From an uncultured delta proteobacterium (lineage in GTDB: Bacteria > Myxococcota > Myxococcia > Myxococcales > Myxococcaceae): a stretch of DNA of 64,000 nucleotides. Of this stretch, positions 11,305-21,400 are shown piece by piece (positions within the stretch are counted from its first letter, which is position 1; the number at the start of each line of letters is the position of its first letter). The translations under genes and the position numbers were made by a program. The notes beneath the pieces are model-generated. The model saw only the letters and a program-made list of their open reading frames with translations. It searched no databases and was not told the DNA's origin. Where the stretch lies: positions 1 to 64,000 of the forward strand of contig CAVYSY010000023.1 in the NCBI GenBank assembly GCA_963771175.1. The letters are read 5' to 3'.

Positions 11305-12960
11305 GCAAGGAGCCGGTGGACGTCTGCATCATCGGCAGCGGCGCGGGCGGAGCGCCCATGGCCCTGGAGCTGGGGCGCGCCGGCTTCAAGGTGGTGGTGC
11401 TGGAGAAGGGGGCGCACTACCAGCCCCAGGACTTCATCCACGACGAGATTCTCAACAGCCGCCGCAACTTCTTCATGCCGCTGCCCTGGGAGGAGCCGCA
11501 CCTGCTGCGCCAGGGCGCGGCGGGCCGCTACGAGCGCACCAACTCCGCGTGGACGGCCAACTGCGTGGGCGGCGGCACGGTGCACATGAGCGGCTACTTC
11601 TACCGGCTCAAGCCGGTGGACTTCCGGCTGCGCTCGACGCTCGGGGCGGTGAAGGGCAGCACGCTCGCGGACTGGCCCATCTCCTACGAGGAGCTGGCGC
11701 CCTTCTACGACGTGGCCGAGGCGGAGCTGGGCGTGTCCGGCGAGGCCGTGCCCCACCCCTTCGCCGAGCCGCGCAACGGGCCGTACCCGCTGCCACCTCT
11801 GGACGTACACCCCATCGCCCGGGAGCTGGACCGCGTCTGCGAGGAGATGAGCTGGCACAGCCTTGCCCACGGCACGCGGCATCATCAGCCGGCCGTACCG
11901 GGGCCGCGCGGGGTGCGCCTACTGCGCGCTGTGCGGCAGCTACGGCTGCGAGATGGGCGCCAAGAGCGGCACCAACGCGAGCCTCATCCCCGCGGCGCTG
12001 GCCACGGGGAACGTGGAGCTGCGCCCGCGATGCATGGCGCGCTCGGTGGAGGTGGACAAGGAGGGCCGGGCCCGGAGCGTGGTGTACCTGGACGCGGACG
12101 GGGTGGAGCAGGAGCAGCCGGCCCGCATGGTGGTGGTGTCCTGCACGGCGGTGGAGAGCGCGCGGCTGCTGCTCAACTCGGTGTCCAACCGCTTCCCCCG
12201 GGGACTGGCCAACGGCAGCGGGCTGGTGGGGAGGAATCTCCTCTTCAGCTCGTTCGGCGAGTCGCGCGCCACCTTCCGCGTGTCGAAGCAGCGCGCGGCC
12301 CGGCCATGGCTGACGGACCCGGCGCCCTTCGTGAACCGGAGCGTGCAGGACTTCTACCTCATGCCGGACGAGCGCTTCGGCTTCCGCAAGGGCGGGACGC
12401 TCGGCTTCATGTGGACGCACCCCAACCCCATCTTCGCGGCGGTGGGGCTCGCGGGCAGCGGCAAGGGCGCCGTCTTCGGCAAGGCGCTGAAGGACCGGAT
12501 GCGCGCATACCGGGACTCGCGCATCCTCCAGTTCGAGGTGTATGGCGAGTTCCTCCCCACCCCGGGCACCTACGTGACGGTGGAGCCCTCGGTGAAGGAC
12601 AAGTACGGGCTCCCGGTGGCCGCCATCACGATGGACCGGCACCCCATGGACTTCGCCGCCACGCGCTTCCTCGTGGAGCGGGGCGAGGAAATCCTGATGC
12701 GGCTCGACCCGGACGACGTGCAGCGCGTGGGCGTCGCCGGCGAGACGACCATCCTCCAGCACGGCACCTGCCGCTTCGGGAACGACCCGGCCACCTCGGT
12801 GCTGGACAAGGACTGCCGGGCCCACGAGGTGCCCAACCTCTACGTGGTGGACGGCAGCTTCATGCCCACCGCGGGCAGCGTGCCCTCCACGCTCACCATC
12901 GTCGCCAACAGCTTCCGCGTGGCGCGCGGCCTGGTGGCGAGGATGAAGCGCGAGGGGTGA
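11301..12960 (+). CDS. GMC-family FAD oxidoreductase (frameshift near 11862)
   Basis: DVCIIGSGAGG FAD motif, VGGGTVH, CAYCALCGSYGC cluster, HGTCRFG and NLYVVDGSFMPT. Confidence 0.92.
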
Positions 12961-12975
12961 GGGTCCGTCCCCCGC

Positions 12976-15387
12976 TCACCCCATCCAGATGGCCTCGACC
13001 CGGGCGCGCACCTTGCGTCGCCCCTCCGTGAAGCCCGGCAGCGCCCTCAGCGACTGGAGCGCCGGGCAGCGGTCTATCCACTCCAGGTCGATGAGCGCCG
13101 TGTCCGCGGCCCGCTGGAAGTACTCCAGCGCCTTCTCCGGTTCACCGCAGAGGCACAGAATCTCCGTGGCGATCTGGCACATCATCGAGATGAACCGTGG
13201 GCTCTCCGTCTGGGAGAGCGCCTTGTCGAACATGGGGAACAGCTCGCTCACCGGCACCTCGCCAAGCGCCGCGGCGGCATAGCGACCCACCAGTCGGGAG
13301 ATGAAGTCCGACTCATCGGCCGCCGCGGCCCGACACCGCCGCAGCTCCTCCACATCCCGGTTCCACGCGGCGACACGCCCTCGCAGGGACCGTGCCACGG
13401 CGCTGTGCGTCGGCGACGCGGCCAGCCGCTCAATCGCCCACCGGTAATCATCCATCTGCCCGCGCAGCGCGCTGCAGCGGGCGAGCTCGAACAGCGCCGT
13501 CACCAGGGCGGGCGACAGGTCATAGGCCAGGCGCAGCCGCACAAGCCCCTCGTCCGCGCGTCCCGCCTCGCACTGGATGTTGCCCAGGTACTGCAGCGAC
13601 GGAGCGTGGCTGGGCGCGATGTCCAGGGCCATCCGCAGGGACCTGACCGCCGTGCGCCAGTCATTCTCCTGGGCGGCGAGCATCGCCCGAGCCAGGTGCG
13701 TATCCGCCATATCCGGCGCCAGGCGCAGGGCCCGCTCGACGCTGGCGCGCGCGGCCGCGGCGGGGTCGCGCGCGGGGTTCTTCTCCCACATGAACATCAC
13801 GCGCAGGCTGGCGATGGCATGCAGCGCCAGGGCCGGCAAGAAGTCCGGCGCCTGCTCCAAGCACGAGTCGAGCAGGGCCAGCGGCTCCCCGTCGTGCCCT
13901 CCCCGGAACACCGCATACAACTGGGTGCTCGCCTGGCGGTACTGCTCCAGTGCCTCGGGCGGGGTGTTCGCGCGCCAGGCCGAGAGGATGACCTCTCCGC
14001 GCAGCTCCTCGGCGATGCGCGGCACCAGCCGGTCCTGCAGCTCGAAGGCATCGTTGGAGGCGTACTCGAACCGACCGCTCCAGAGCTGGGTGCCGGACTG
14101 GACCTCGAGCAGCCGCACGGAGACCCGTGTCATCGCGCCCGCGCACTGCACTGTCCCGTCCACCACCGTCCGCGCCCCGAGCTCGCGCCCCACCGTCCGG
14201 GGATCTCTCTCGTCGCGGAAGCGCGCCATGACCCCGCTGCCGGGCACGCGCAGCCCGCGCACGCGGGAGAGCTGGTCGATGAGGGCCTCGGACAGCGTCT
14301 CCCCGAGGTACTCGTGCTCGCGAGGGCCCTGGAAGCGCAGCGGCAGCAGCGCCACGCCCTGCTTCTCCGCCGGAGTGGTGGAGGTGCGCGGCGTGCCGCT
14401 CGTGGTCGACGTGGCGGGCGCGGGGGTATGCGAGTCCGTCATGGGCCCGGGGGTGGCATGCGGGGCCGACAGGGTGGGCTCCCCGACACTGACCAGCCAC
14501 TGCCGCAGCGCCCCGGCCACTTCGAGCGCACTCGTCGGCCGCTCCTCCGGGGAGCGGGCGAGGCAGTGGTGGACCACCTCGGCGAGAGGCACCGGGATGG
14601 AGGCACGCTGGCGCAGGTCCGGCGGGGGCTGACGCAGGCGGGCCATGGCGGCGGCCCACGGGGTGTCCCCGGTGAAGGGGGCCTCGCCGGTGAGCATCTC
14701 GTGCAGCAGCAGCCCCACCGCGTAGAGGTCCGCGCGCGCGTCCACCGGGTCACCCGACACCTGCTCCGGCGCCATGTACATGGGCGTGCCGACGGTGCCC
14801 ATGGTGCGCGAGGCGACCTCCCCCGCCACCGCACGGGCGATGCCGAAGTCGGTGAGCACCACGCGGCCGCCCTTCTCGACGAGGACATTGGCCGGCTTGA
14901 GGTCCCTGTGCACCACGCCAGCGGCATGGGCCGCGGCCAGCCCCTCGCAGACGGCCAGGGCGATGCGCGCGGCCCGAGGCGGCGTCAGCGGGCGCTCGCG
15001 AGCGAGCAGCGTCCGGAGGTCCTCCCCCTCCACGAACTCCATGGTGAGGAAGGACTGGCCCTCGTGGGTGCCCAGGTCATGCATCCGCGCCACGTGGGGG
15101 TGGGTGATGCGACGGGCGAGGCGCACCTCGCGGCTGAAGCGCTCGAGCGCGTCCGGGCTGGCGTCCTTGCCGAGCTCCAGCGTCTTGAGAGCGACCACGT
15201 CGCCCACGAGGCTGTCGCGCGCCTCATACACGGTGCCCATGCCGCCCCGGCCGAGCATGCGTAGCAGGGCGTAGCGCCCGGCGAAGAGGGGCGAGCCCTC
15301 CTGGGTGACGGGGGCACCCGAGGGGCGGATGACGGTTTTGTCGCCCCCATCGAGGGCGGAATCGGGAGATAGGTGGTTCTCAGGCAC
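12976..15387 (-). CDS. Ser/Thr protein kinase with TolB-like and TPR C-terminal regions
   Basis: LGRGGMGTVY, VALK, HRDLKPANV, DFG, GTPMYMAPEQ, followed by VALLPL...TVVDGTVQ and helical repeats. Confidence 0.95.
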   Translation of the reverse strand: MPENHLSPDSALDGGDKTVIRPSGAPVTQEGSPLFAGRYALLRMLGRGGMGTVYEARDSLVGDVVALKTLELGKDASPDALERFSREVRLARRITHPHVARMHDLGTHEGQSFLTMEFVEGEDLRTLLARERPLTPPRAARIALAVCEGLAAAHAAGVVHRDLKPANVLVEKGGRVVLTDFGIARAVAGEVASRTMGTVGTPMYMAPEQVSGDPVDARADLYAVGLLLHEMLTGEAPFTGDTPWAAAMARLRQPPPDLRQRASIPVPLAEVVHHCLARSPEERPTSALEVAGALRQWLVSVGEPTLSAPHATPGPMTDSHTPAPATSTTSGTPRTSTTPAEKQGVALLPLRFQGPREHEYLGETLSEALIDQLSRVRGLRVPGSGVMARFRDERDPRTVGRELGARTVVDGTVQCAGAMTRVSVRLLEVQSGTQLWSGRFEYASNDAFELQDRLVPRIAEELRGEVILSAWRANTPPEALEQYRQASTQLYAVFRGGHDGEPLALLDSCLEQAPDFLPALALHAIASLRVMFMWEKNPARDPAAAARASVERALRLAPDMADTHLARAMLAAQENDWRTAVRSLRMALDIAPSHAPSLQYLGNIQCEAGRADEGLVRLRLAYDLSPALVTALFELARCSALRGQMDDYRWAIERLAASPTHSAVARSLRGRVAAWNRDVEELRRCRAAAADESDFISRLVGRYAAAALGEVPVSELFPMFDKALSQTESPRFISMMCQIATEILCLCGEPEKALEYFQRAADTALIDLEWIDRCPALQSLRALPGFTEGRRKVRARVEAIWMG

Positions 15388-15568
15388 GGCGCCTGCAATC
15401 TAACCTGGGCCCCCCTGCCCTGCCATTCACTCTGGGCACAAAAGCCCGACGGGTGGAGAGCAGCCAGGCATGAGGGGCAGCCCCTCGCGAGCGGACGTGC
15501 CTACACTCGGCGCGCGAAGACCCACCACCCGCTCGGCGTTCACGGGCCGAGATACGAGAGGCCCCCCG

Positions 15569-16904
15569 ATGACGGATACCTGCATCCGCGATTGTCACGC
15601 GCTCGTCCCCGACGCGAGCGGAGCGCTCACCCTCGCTCGCCACCAGGACATCCTCGTCCGCGGCAACCGGATCGCCGAAATCCGCCCCACCGGGCGCCCG
15701 CCCGAACCTGGCACCACGGTGCTCGAGGGGAAACGGATGCTCGCCATGCCCGGGCTCATCAACACCCACGCCCACGTGCCCATGGTGCTCTTCCGGGGGC
15801 TGGCCGAGGACGTGCCCATCGAGCGCTGGTTCAACGAGTTCATCTGGCCGCTGGAGAGCAACCTCACCGAGACGGACGTCTACTGGGGCGCGCTCCTGGG
15901 CCTCATCGGAGATGATTGAAGGTGGCGTCACCACGGTGGCCGACCACTACTTCTTCATGGACCAGGTGGCGCGAGCCGTCGAGGAGGCCGGCACCCGGGC
16001 CCACCTGGGACAGGCCGTGTTCTCCAGCCGCGGCTACCCCGCGCTCGCCGAGACGGCCGCCTTCGCCGAGCGCTGGAAGGGCGGTGCGAGTGGCCGCATC
16101 ACCACCTGCATGGCCCCGCACGCGCCCTACACCTGCGATGACGGGTTCCTGCGCGCCGCGGTCGGGCACGCCAACCGGCTCGGCATCGGCATCCACATCC
16201 ACGCCGCCGAGGAGATGAACCAGACGAACGCCAGCATGGCGAAGCGGGGACTGACGCCCATCCAGGTGCTCAGGGACACCGGCGTCCTCAGCGTGCCCGC
16301 CCTGATTGCCCATGGCTGCGGCCTGCTGCCCCAGGATATCGAACTGCTCGCCCGCCACCGGGCGACCGTGGGCATCGCCCACGCGCCGAAGACGTACCTC
16401 AAGCTGGGCATGGGCATCACCCCCATCCGAGCCTTGCGCAAGGCGGGAGTCGCGGTGGGCCTGGCCACCGACGGCGCGGTCAGCAACAACACCTTGGACA
16501 TTTTCGAGAGCCTGCGCCTCATGACGCTGATGCAGAAGCACGAGGCGATGGACCCCGAGGTGATGCCGATTCCCGAGGCGCTCGACATCGCCACGCGAGG
16601 CAGCGCGACGGCGCTGGGCCTGGGAGAGCGCATCGGCACGCTCGCGCCCGGCTACCAGGCGGACCTCATCCTCGTGGACACCCGAGGCGCCCACTGGCAG
16701 CCGCCCCACAACCTCACCGCCGGGCTGGTGTACAGCGCTCGCGCCAGCGACGTGGATACCGTCATGGTGGACGGCCGCGTCATCCTGCGCGAGCGCCGAC
16801 TGCTCACCCTCGACAAGGAGCGCGTCCTCACCGAGGTGGCGAGCACCATGGAGCGCCTGGCCCAGCGCGTGCCCGAGGCCCGCATCCAACGCTACCAGCC
16901 GTGA
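15569..16904 (+). CDS. Metal-dependent amidohydrolase, MtaD/TRZ-ATZ deaminase family (frameshift near 15908)
   Basis: MPGLINTHAH, MAPHAPYTC, IHIHAAE, AHGC, VGLATDGAVSNN and GTLAPGYQADLI. Confidence 0.9.
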
Positions 16905-16955
16905 AACTCGCGGTGGACGAGGGGGAATAGCGAGTCAGGCTCACGAGCGACGCTC

Positions 16956-17630
16956 TCACCCCGCCGAGCGCACGAGCTGGGGCTGGAAGCCATCCATGAG
17001 CGCCTCCATGAGCCGCTCCATCTCCTCCAGCGGCACGCCCTGGATGGTGAGGAGCGTCTTGCCGCGCAGGACGCTCGTCTTGAGCTCCACGCGAGCGCCC
17101 TTGGCGAAGTGCCGCGAGAAGCTGTCGCGCATGAACTGGATGCGGGCGGCATCCGTGGCGGGCATGGTCACCCGGGACGGCTTCCGCTTGTGCTTCACGG
17201 CCTGCCGCAGCTCCTCCAGGCTGCACTCGGCGAAGGGCTTCTGCGCCACGGCCCCGCTCTCCTGGGGGACGTCGATGAGCATCGAGTCCGGCCCGCCAGC
17301 CGAAAGCGGGAGGTCGGCCTCCTTCGCGTAGGCACGCAGCGTGAGCAGCTTCATCACCCCATGCGCCCGGCACGCCTCCTCGGTGAACTCCCGAGCCACG
17401 GCGCCGTACCGGCTCAAGGTGGACTGCGAGAGTTCCTGGATGTGCTGGCTGAAGTACGCCTGGGCGTTCTCGTATTTCTTCTCTTCCGCCAGCTTGTGGT
17501 CCACGACGTAGTTGTAGAGGCAACCGATGTTGTAGTGCCCGGCGTTCCCCTCCTTCAGGTGCGCGCGGATGGAGTCCCGCGCCTGCTCGATGGTCCAACC
17601 GGAAAACCTGCTGCTTGCGTTCGTTTCCAT
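16956..17630 (-). CDS. Hypothetical protein, possibly HTH DNA-binding
   Basis: Intact 224-aa ORF with GGGGGGA RBS-like purine run. The segment YENAQAYFSQHIQELSQSTLSRYGAVAREF looks HTH-like (inference). Confidence 0.7.
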   Translation of the reverse strand: METNASSRFSGWTIEQARDSIRAHLKEGNAGHYNIGCLYNYVVDHKLAEEKKYENAQAYFSQHIQELSQSTLSRYGAVAREFTEEACRAHGVMKLLTLRAYAKEADLPLSAGGPDSMLIDVPQESGAVAQKPFAECSLEELRQAVKHKRKPSRVTMPATDAARIQFMRDSFSRHFAKGARVELKTSVLRGKTLLTIQGVPLEEMERLMEALMDGFQPQLVRSAG

Positions 17631-17802
17631 GATTCCCCCCAGTGAGGATGGAGAAGCCGCGACGGAGCGCCGCGGCTGCTCGAACGCATGGCACATACCG
17701 GGCCAGGGAATTCACCACGTGGATTCGCTCACTTACGAGCGGGGTGCCCGCAGAAGCGTCCCATCCCCCAGAGACACCGTCCGAGAAACGAGACAGTCCA
17801 CG

Positions 17803-17961
17803 TTCCACTTGTCACCGGTGACAAGTGAAACCGCGCGGACGCATTCCGCTTGTCACCGGTGACAAGTGAAACCGCGCGAACGCATTCCGCTTGTCACCGG
17901 TGACAAGTGAAACCGCGCGGACGCATTCCGCTCGTCACCAGTGACAAGTGAAACCGCGCGG
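17803..17961. repeat. Tandem array of four 41-bp units, each containing the palindrome CTTGTCACCGGTGACAAG
   Basis: Units begin TTCC at 17803, 17844, 17885 and 17926. Consensus is TTCCGCTTGTCACCGGTGACAAGTGAAACCGCGCGGACGCA. Unit 1 holds a perfect 22-bp palindrome (17806-17827). Unit 4 has two substitutions in the palindrome. Confidence 0.97.
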
Positions 17962-18010
17962 GCAACCTCCACTCCAAGCATGGAGAAGTGGTTGCTGATA
18001 GGTGTGGTGT

Positions 18011-18580
18011 ATGAACTTCCATCCCATCGCGGGCGTCGTCTGGTACGCCATCGGGCGCTTCTACGAGTCGCAGGACGGCAAGGTGCGGGACGTGGGCTAC
18101 TTCGCCCACCTCGGGGGCATCTCACCCCTCTTCGACGGCCCTCCTGGCGAGGCCACCGCCTTCTTCACCTTCCGCGCCGAGCCCTTCACCGTTCAGACCA
18201 TCCAGAACGGAGACCTCTCGGTGTCGCTCGACGCCACGGGCCGCTTCACGCTGTACCTCCAGCGCGAGCCTCGCGGTGACTTCTCGCGTCCGGAGACGTT
18301 CTCCCAGGGCGAGCCCATCGCCACCTTCGAGCGCCTCTACACCGCCGTGGGAACGTCCGTGGGGCCGCTCGCGAGCAACCTGTTCTCGGCGGCGCTGCGC
18401 TCCAGCGTGGACTTCACGCACGGCGGCAAGACCTGGAACCTCGCGCGGCTGATACCCGAGGGAATCACCCAGTTCGGCACCGCCAGCACCACCGAGCTGC
18501 CTCCTCCAAAGGGATACACGCGGGTGCTCCCCTTCGTCGGCTCGGCCATGGCGCTCGGCGGCAACGTCCGCGGGCGGTGA
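18011..18580 (+). CDS. Hypothetical protein
   Basis: Open frame with strong GC3 bias (MNFHPIAGVVWYAIGRFY...). No recognised motif. Confidence 0.7.
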   Translation: MNFHPIAGVVWYAIGRFYESQDGKVRDVGYFAHLGGISPLFDGPPGEATAFFTFRAEPFTVQTIQNGDLSVSLDATGRFTLYLQREPRGDFSRPETFSQGEPIATFERLYTAVGTSVGPLASNLFSAALRSSVDFTHGGKTWNLARLIPEGITQFGTASTTELPPPKGYTRVLPFVGSAMALGGNVRGR

Positions 18581-18610
18581 GGAAGCCCACCCGCGGACGA
18601 TTCCTCGGCG

Positions 18611-19969
18611 TCAGTTCTCCGCCGCTCCGGCGACGAAGATCCAGTTCTCGATGGACTGGCGATCCGCGTCGGGCAGCGCGGCGTTCCCGTTGAGCGGGTT
18701 GATGGGCATGCGGCTGCCGATGATGCTGCCGTCGCCCGTGAGCTTGAGGTACAGGTAGCTCTTGTCCAGGCTGCCGGGCTGGATGAGGTTGAGCGCGGGA
18801 TTCTGGCTCGAGGGCTTCAGCACCAGGCGCTGGTAGACGTCGTGCGCGGTGCCGAGCAGGTTCAACCCCGCCTGCGGGTTGTCACCGCCGTGGCAGCCAC
18901 CGCAGTTGGACTGGAGCAGCGGCAGCACGCGCCCGCTCCACGTGTCCCCGGTGCCCGCGAGGCTCAGGGCCGACGGGTCCGCCGAGTACGAGCACTTGTT
19001 GTAGTCGATGGCCGAGGACAGGTTCCACTGCGTGGCCGTCGGATCCAGTCCCTCGATGAGGCACATCAACGCCAGCATGTCCTGCACGTTGGGCGGCTGG
19101 TTGGCCAGCGGCATGCGCGTGCCGGGCACCGGCTGGCCCCCCATGGACCCGCGCAGGCGCGCCACCAGGTAGCTCTCCTCGGGCTTGCCCGGGTTGATGA
19201 GCGGCACCGTGTTGCCGGCGATGCGCGCGCCAAAGACGCCATTGCGGTTCTGGTCACCCTGCACGATGCCGGTGGTCACCAGGCTCTCCACCGTGTCGCG
19301 CTGGTACTCGGTCACCTCGGCGAAGAGGTGGCGCCGGTCGTCGAGAATCCACCAGCGCGTCTCGTAGCTGGCGAAGGACAGCGCCTGCACGTTGCCCTGG
19401 TCGTCGATGAAGTTGCGGATGAACGTACCCGTGGCGCCGAGGCTCTCCCGCTCCACGGGCACCGGGTCGTGCAGGTACAGGTGCAACCCCGGGGTGGTGG
19501 CGTCCGGCCGCACGTTCTCCGGAGTCTCTCCCAGGACGAGCTCGAACCAGCCGATCTCAATCTCGCGGAAGGCCGGCTCGGTGAAGCGGAAGCGGTCGCC
19601 CAGGCGCTCGCACCGGTCGAACACGCCCTCCGGGCTGCCCGACTGGACGTTACACGGAGCGCCAATGGCGGCCGTGAAGGTGGCCGCCGTGTGCAGGTCC
19701 GGGTACTCCTTCTGGTTGTGGCACACCCCGTTGGTGCCGCTGCAGGTGCGCATCACCAGCTTGCGGTGCACGTCGAGCCCGGTGGGGTACGTCTTCTGTG
19801 CCGACAGCACGTCCGCGTTCGAGCCCGAGTACGCGGCCACCTCCGAGGGGGAGCTCGGCGTGGGGCGCTTCGGGTCGAAGGGGATGGTGCCCTCGTCCGT
19901 GGGGGGATTCGAGGAACCACAGGCCAGCGACAGGGCCGCGAGAGTGGAAACGAGGAGGGAGCGCTTCAT
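18611..19969 (-). CDS. Lipoprotein with two planctomycete-type cytochrome c-like domains
   Basis: MKRSLL...LSLAC lipobox and ATGA coupling. Motifs CSGTNGVCH and CGGCH are each followed by I.PG....SYL...L.G....RMP. Confidence 0.8.
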   Translation of the reverse strand: MKRSLLVSTLAALSLACGSSNPPTDEGTIPFDPKRPTPSSPSEVAAYSGSNADVLSAQKTYPTGLDVHRKLVMRTCSGTNGVCHNQKEYPDLHTAATFTAAIGAPCNVQSGSPEGVFDRCERLGDRFRFTEPAFREIEIGWFELVLGETPENVRPDATTPGLHLYLHDPVPVERESLGATGTFIRNFIDDQGNVQALSFASYETRWWILDDRRHLFAEVTEYQRDTVESLVTTGIVQGDQNRNGVFGARIAGNTVPLINPGKPEESYLVARLRGSMGGQPVPGTRMPLANQPPNVQDMLALMCLIEGLDPTATQWNLSSAIDYNKCSYSADPSALSLAGTGDTWSGRVLPLLQSNCGGCHGGDNPQAGLNLLGTAHDVYQRLVLKPSSQNPALNLIQPGSLDKSYLYLKLTGDGSIIGSRMPINPLNGNAALPDADRQSIENWIFVAGAAEN

Positions 19970-21381
19970 GCGAAGAAGTCCTGGATGGGGGCATCCGCGG
20001 GGAAGATGCCCTCGTGGTCCGCACCGAGCATGTCCAGCATCGTCTTGAGCACCGAGCGGTACGAGTACACCTTGCCGGTGGCCTTGAGGTCCGAGGCGCG
20101 CACCGAGCCGAGGCTCTTCCCGCCCTTGCCGGCGCGCGGAGATGACCCCGCCCATGAAGGGCATGGACATCCACCGGGTGGCCAGGTCGGGGCCATGGTC
20201 GCTGCCGTTGGCGGAGTTGAAGCGGCTGCCGCCCGTGGTGCGGCCGAACTCGCTGCCGAGCACCACCAGCGTCTTGTCCCAGTAGGTGCCGCCCTCGGGG
20301 TGCTGCATCTTCTGGAGGGCCGTGCGCAAGCCACTCACCAGCCGGTTGGCCGAGTCCATCTCGCCCGGCAGCTCCGCCTCCTCGCGCGAGTGGAAGTCGT
20401 AGCCACCCTGGTTGAGGAACACCGCCGGGCAGCCGAAGTGGAACAGGCGCAGCCCGAGCGCCGCCCGCTGGCCCGTGGTGTCCGTGCCCAGCAGCGTCCG
20501 CAGCTCGCGGTTGCTGATGCCGTCCACCACGTCGTTGGAGTCGGTGCTCACCCGGAGCAGCGGGTCGCGGAAGATGCGGCCGTACTCGCGCGTGGCCTCG
20601 CGCGTCTGCTGGTACGTCTCCACCCCGCCGCGCAGCGCCGTGTGGAGCCGCGCGTGGAAGCGGGTGTCCATCTGGTTGGCGACCTTCGCCGCCCAGGGTG
20701 GCAGGCTCGACTCCGGGTCCACGCTGAAGCGCTCGAAGCCGGCGCCCTCCAGCACCGGCGGCCGGTAGGTGGCGTAGTTGCCCGCGCCCGGTGGCCATGC
20801 CCGCCTCGCCGAGGCTGAAGGCCGGCAGGAGAATCTTCCCCTGGGCCGCCGCATCCGCCACGCGCTGGCGCAGGCCGTAGTTGACGAGCGTGAGGAAGCC
20901 GGTGGCGCCGCCCACGTAGCCCGTGAGGAAGCGCTCCAGGCCCGTGCCGTGGCCACCGTCCGCGCGCGCCGAGAAGGGCTCGTGGTCCACGCACGGCAGC
21001 ACGCACAGCTCGTTGGTGAAGTCCGTCACCGGCTTCATGCCGAGGTCGCGGCGGACCTTGTTGTCCTCGCCCTCCAGCCAGCTCGCGCGCTCCAGCAGCT
21101 TCGTGGCACCCCACTCGGTGTCCGGGCGCGCGTTTGTCCGAGCGGCCGAAGGGGTTGAACTCATCCGCCACGTCGCCGTTGAAGGCGGTGGTGAAGCGGA
21201 AGCCGCCGGACAGGCGGATGTAGATGAGGTGGCGCACCTCGCCGCGCCCGGCCGTCTGGGCACGGGCCTCGGTCGGCAACCACAGGTGGGGGAAGGCCAG
21301 CGCGGCGGCGCCGGCGCCCAGGCCCTGCAGCAGCCGTCGGCGGCCGAGGGTGACAGGCTTCGTGTCGTCGGAGTCGGACAT
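19966..21381 (-). CDS. Tat-exported DUF1501 family protein (frameshifts near 21130-21150, 20790 and 20140)
   Basis: GRRRLLQGLGAGAAAL Tat signal, LIYIRLSGG, GGYDFH, KTLVVLGSEFGRT and GSDHG. Confidence 0.85.
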
Positions 21382-21400
21382 GGGACGGGGGCTCCGTGGG

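Noticed and set aside
10689..13031. 780-aa fusion of dehydrogenase subunit 3 with the GMC flavoprotein
   Set aside because: Explained by a frameshift near 11250. The alternative frame ends in a TGA overlapping the GMC GTG start, and the ORF tail after about 11862 is out of frame.
17803..17961. CRISPR array
   Set aside because: The sequence between palindromes is essentially identical in all units, so there are no unique spacers, and no cas genes are in the window.
18611..20956. 781-aa DUF1501-cytochrome c fusion
   Set aside because: Caused by a frameshift near 20140. The cytochrome gene has its own signal peptide and an ATGA overlap at 19966-19969.
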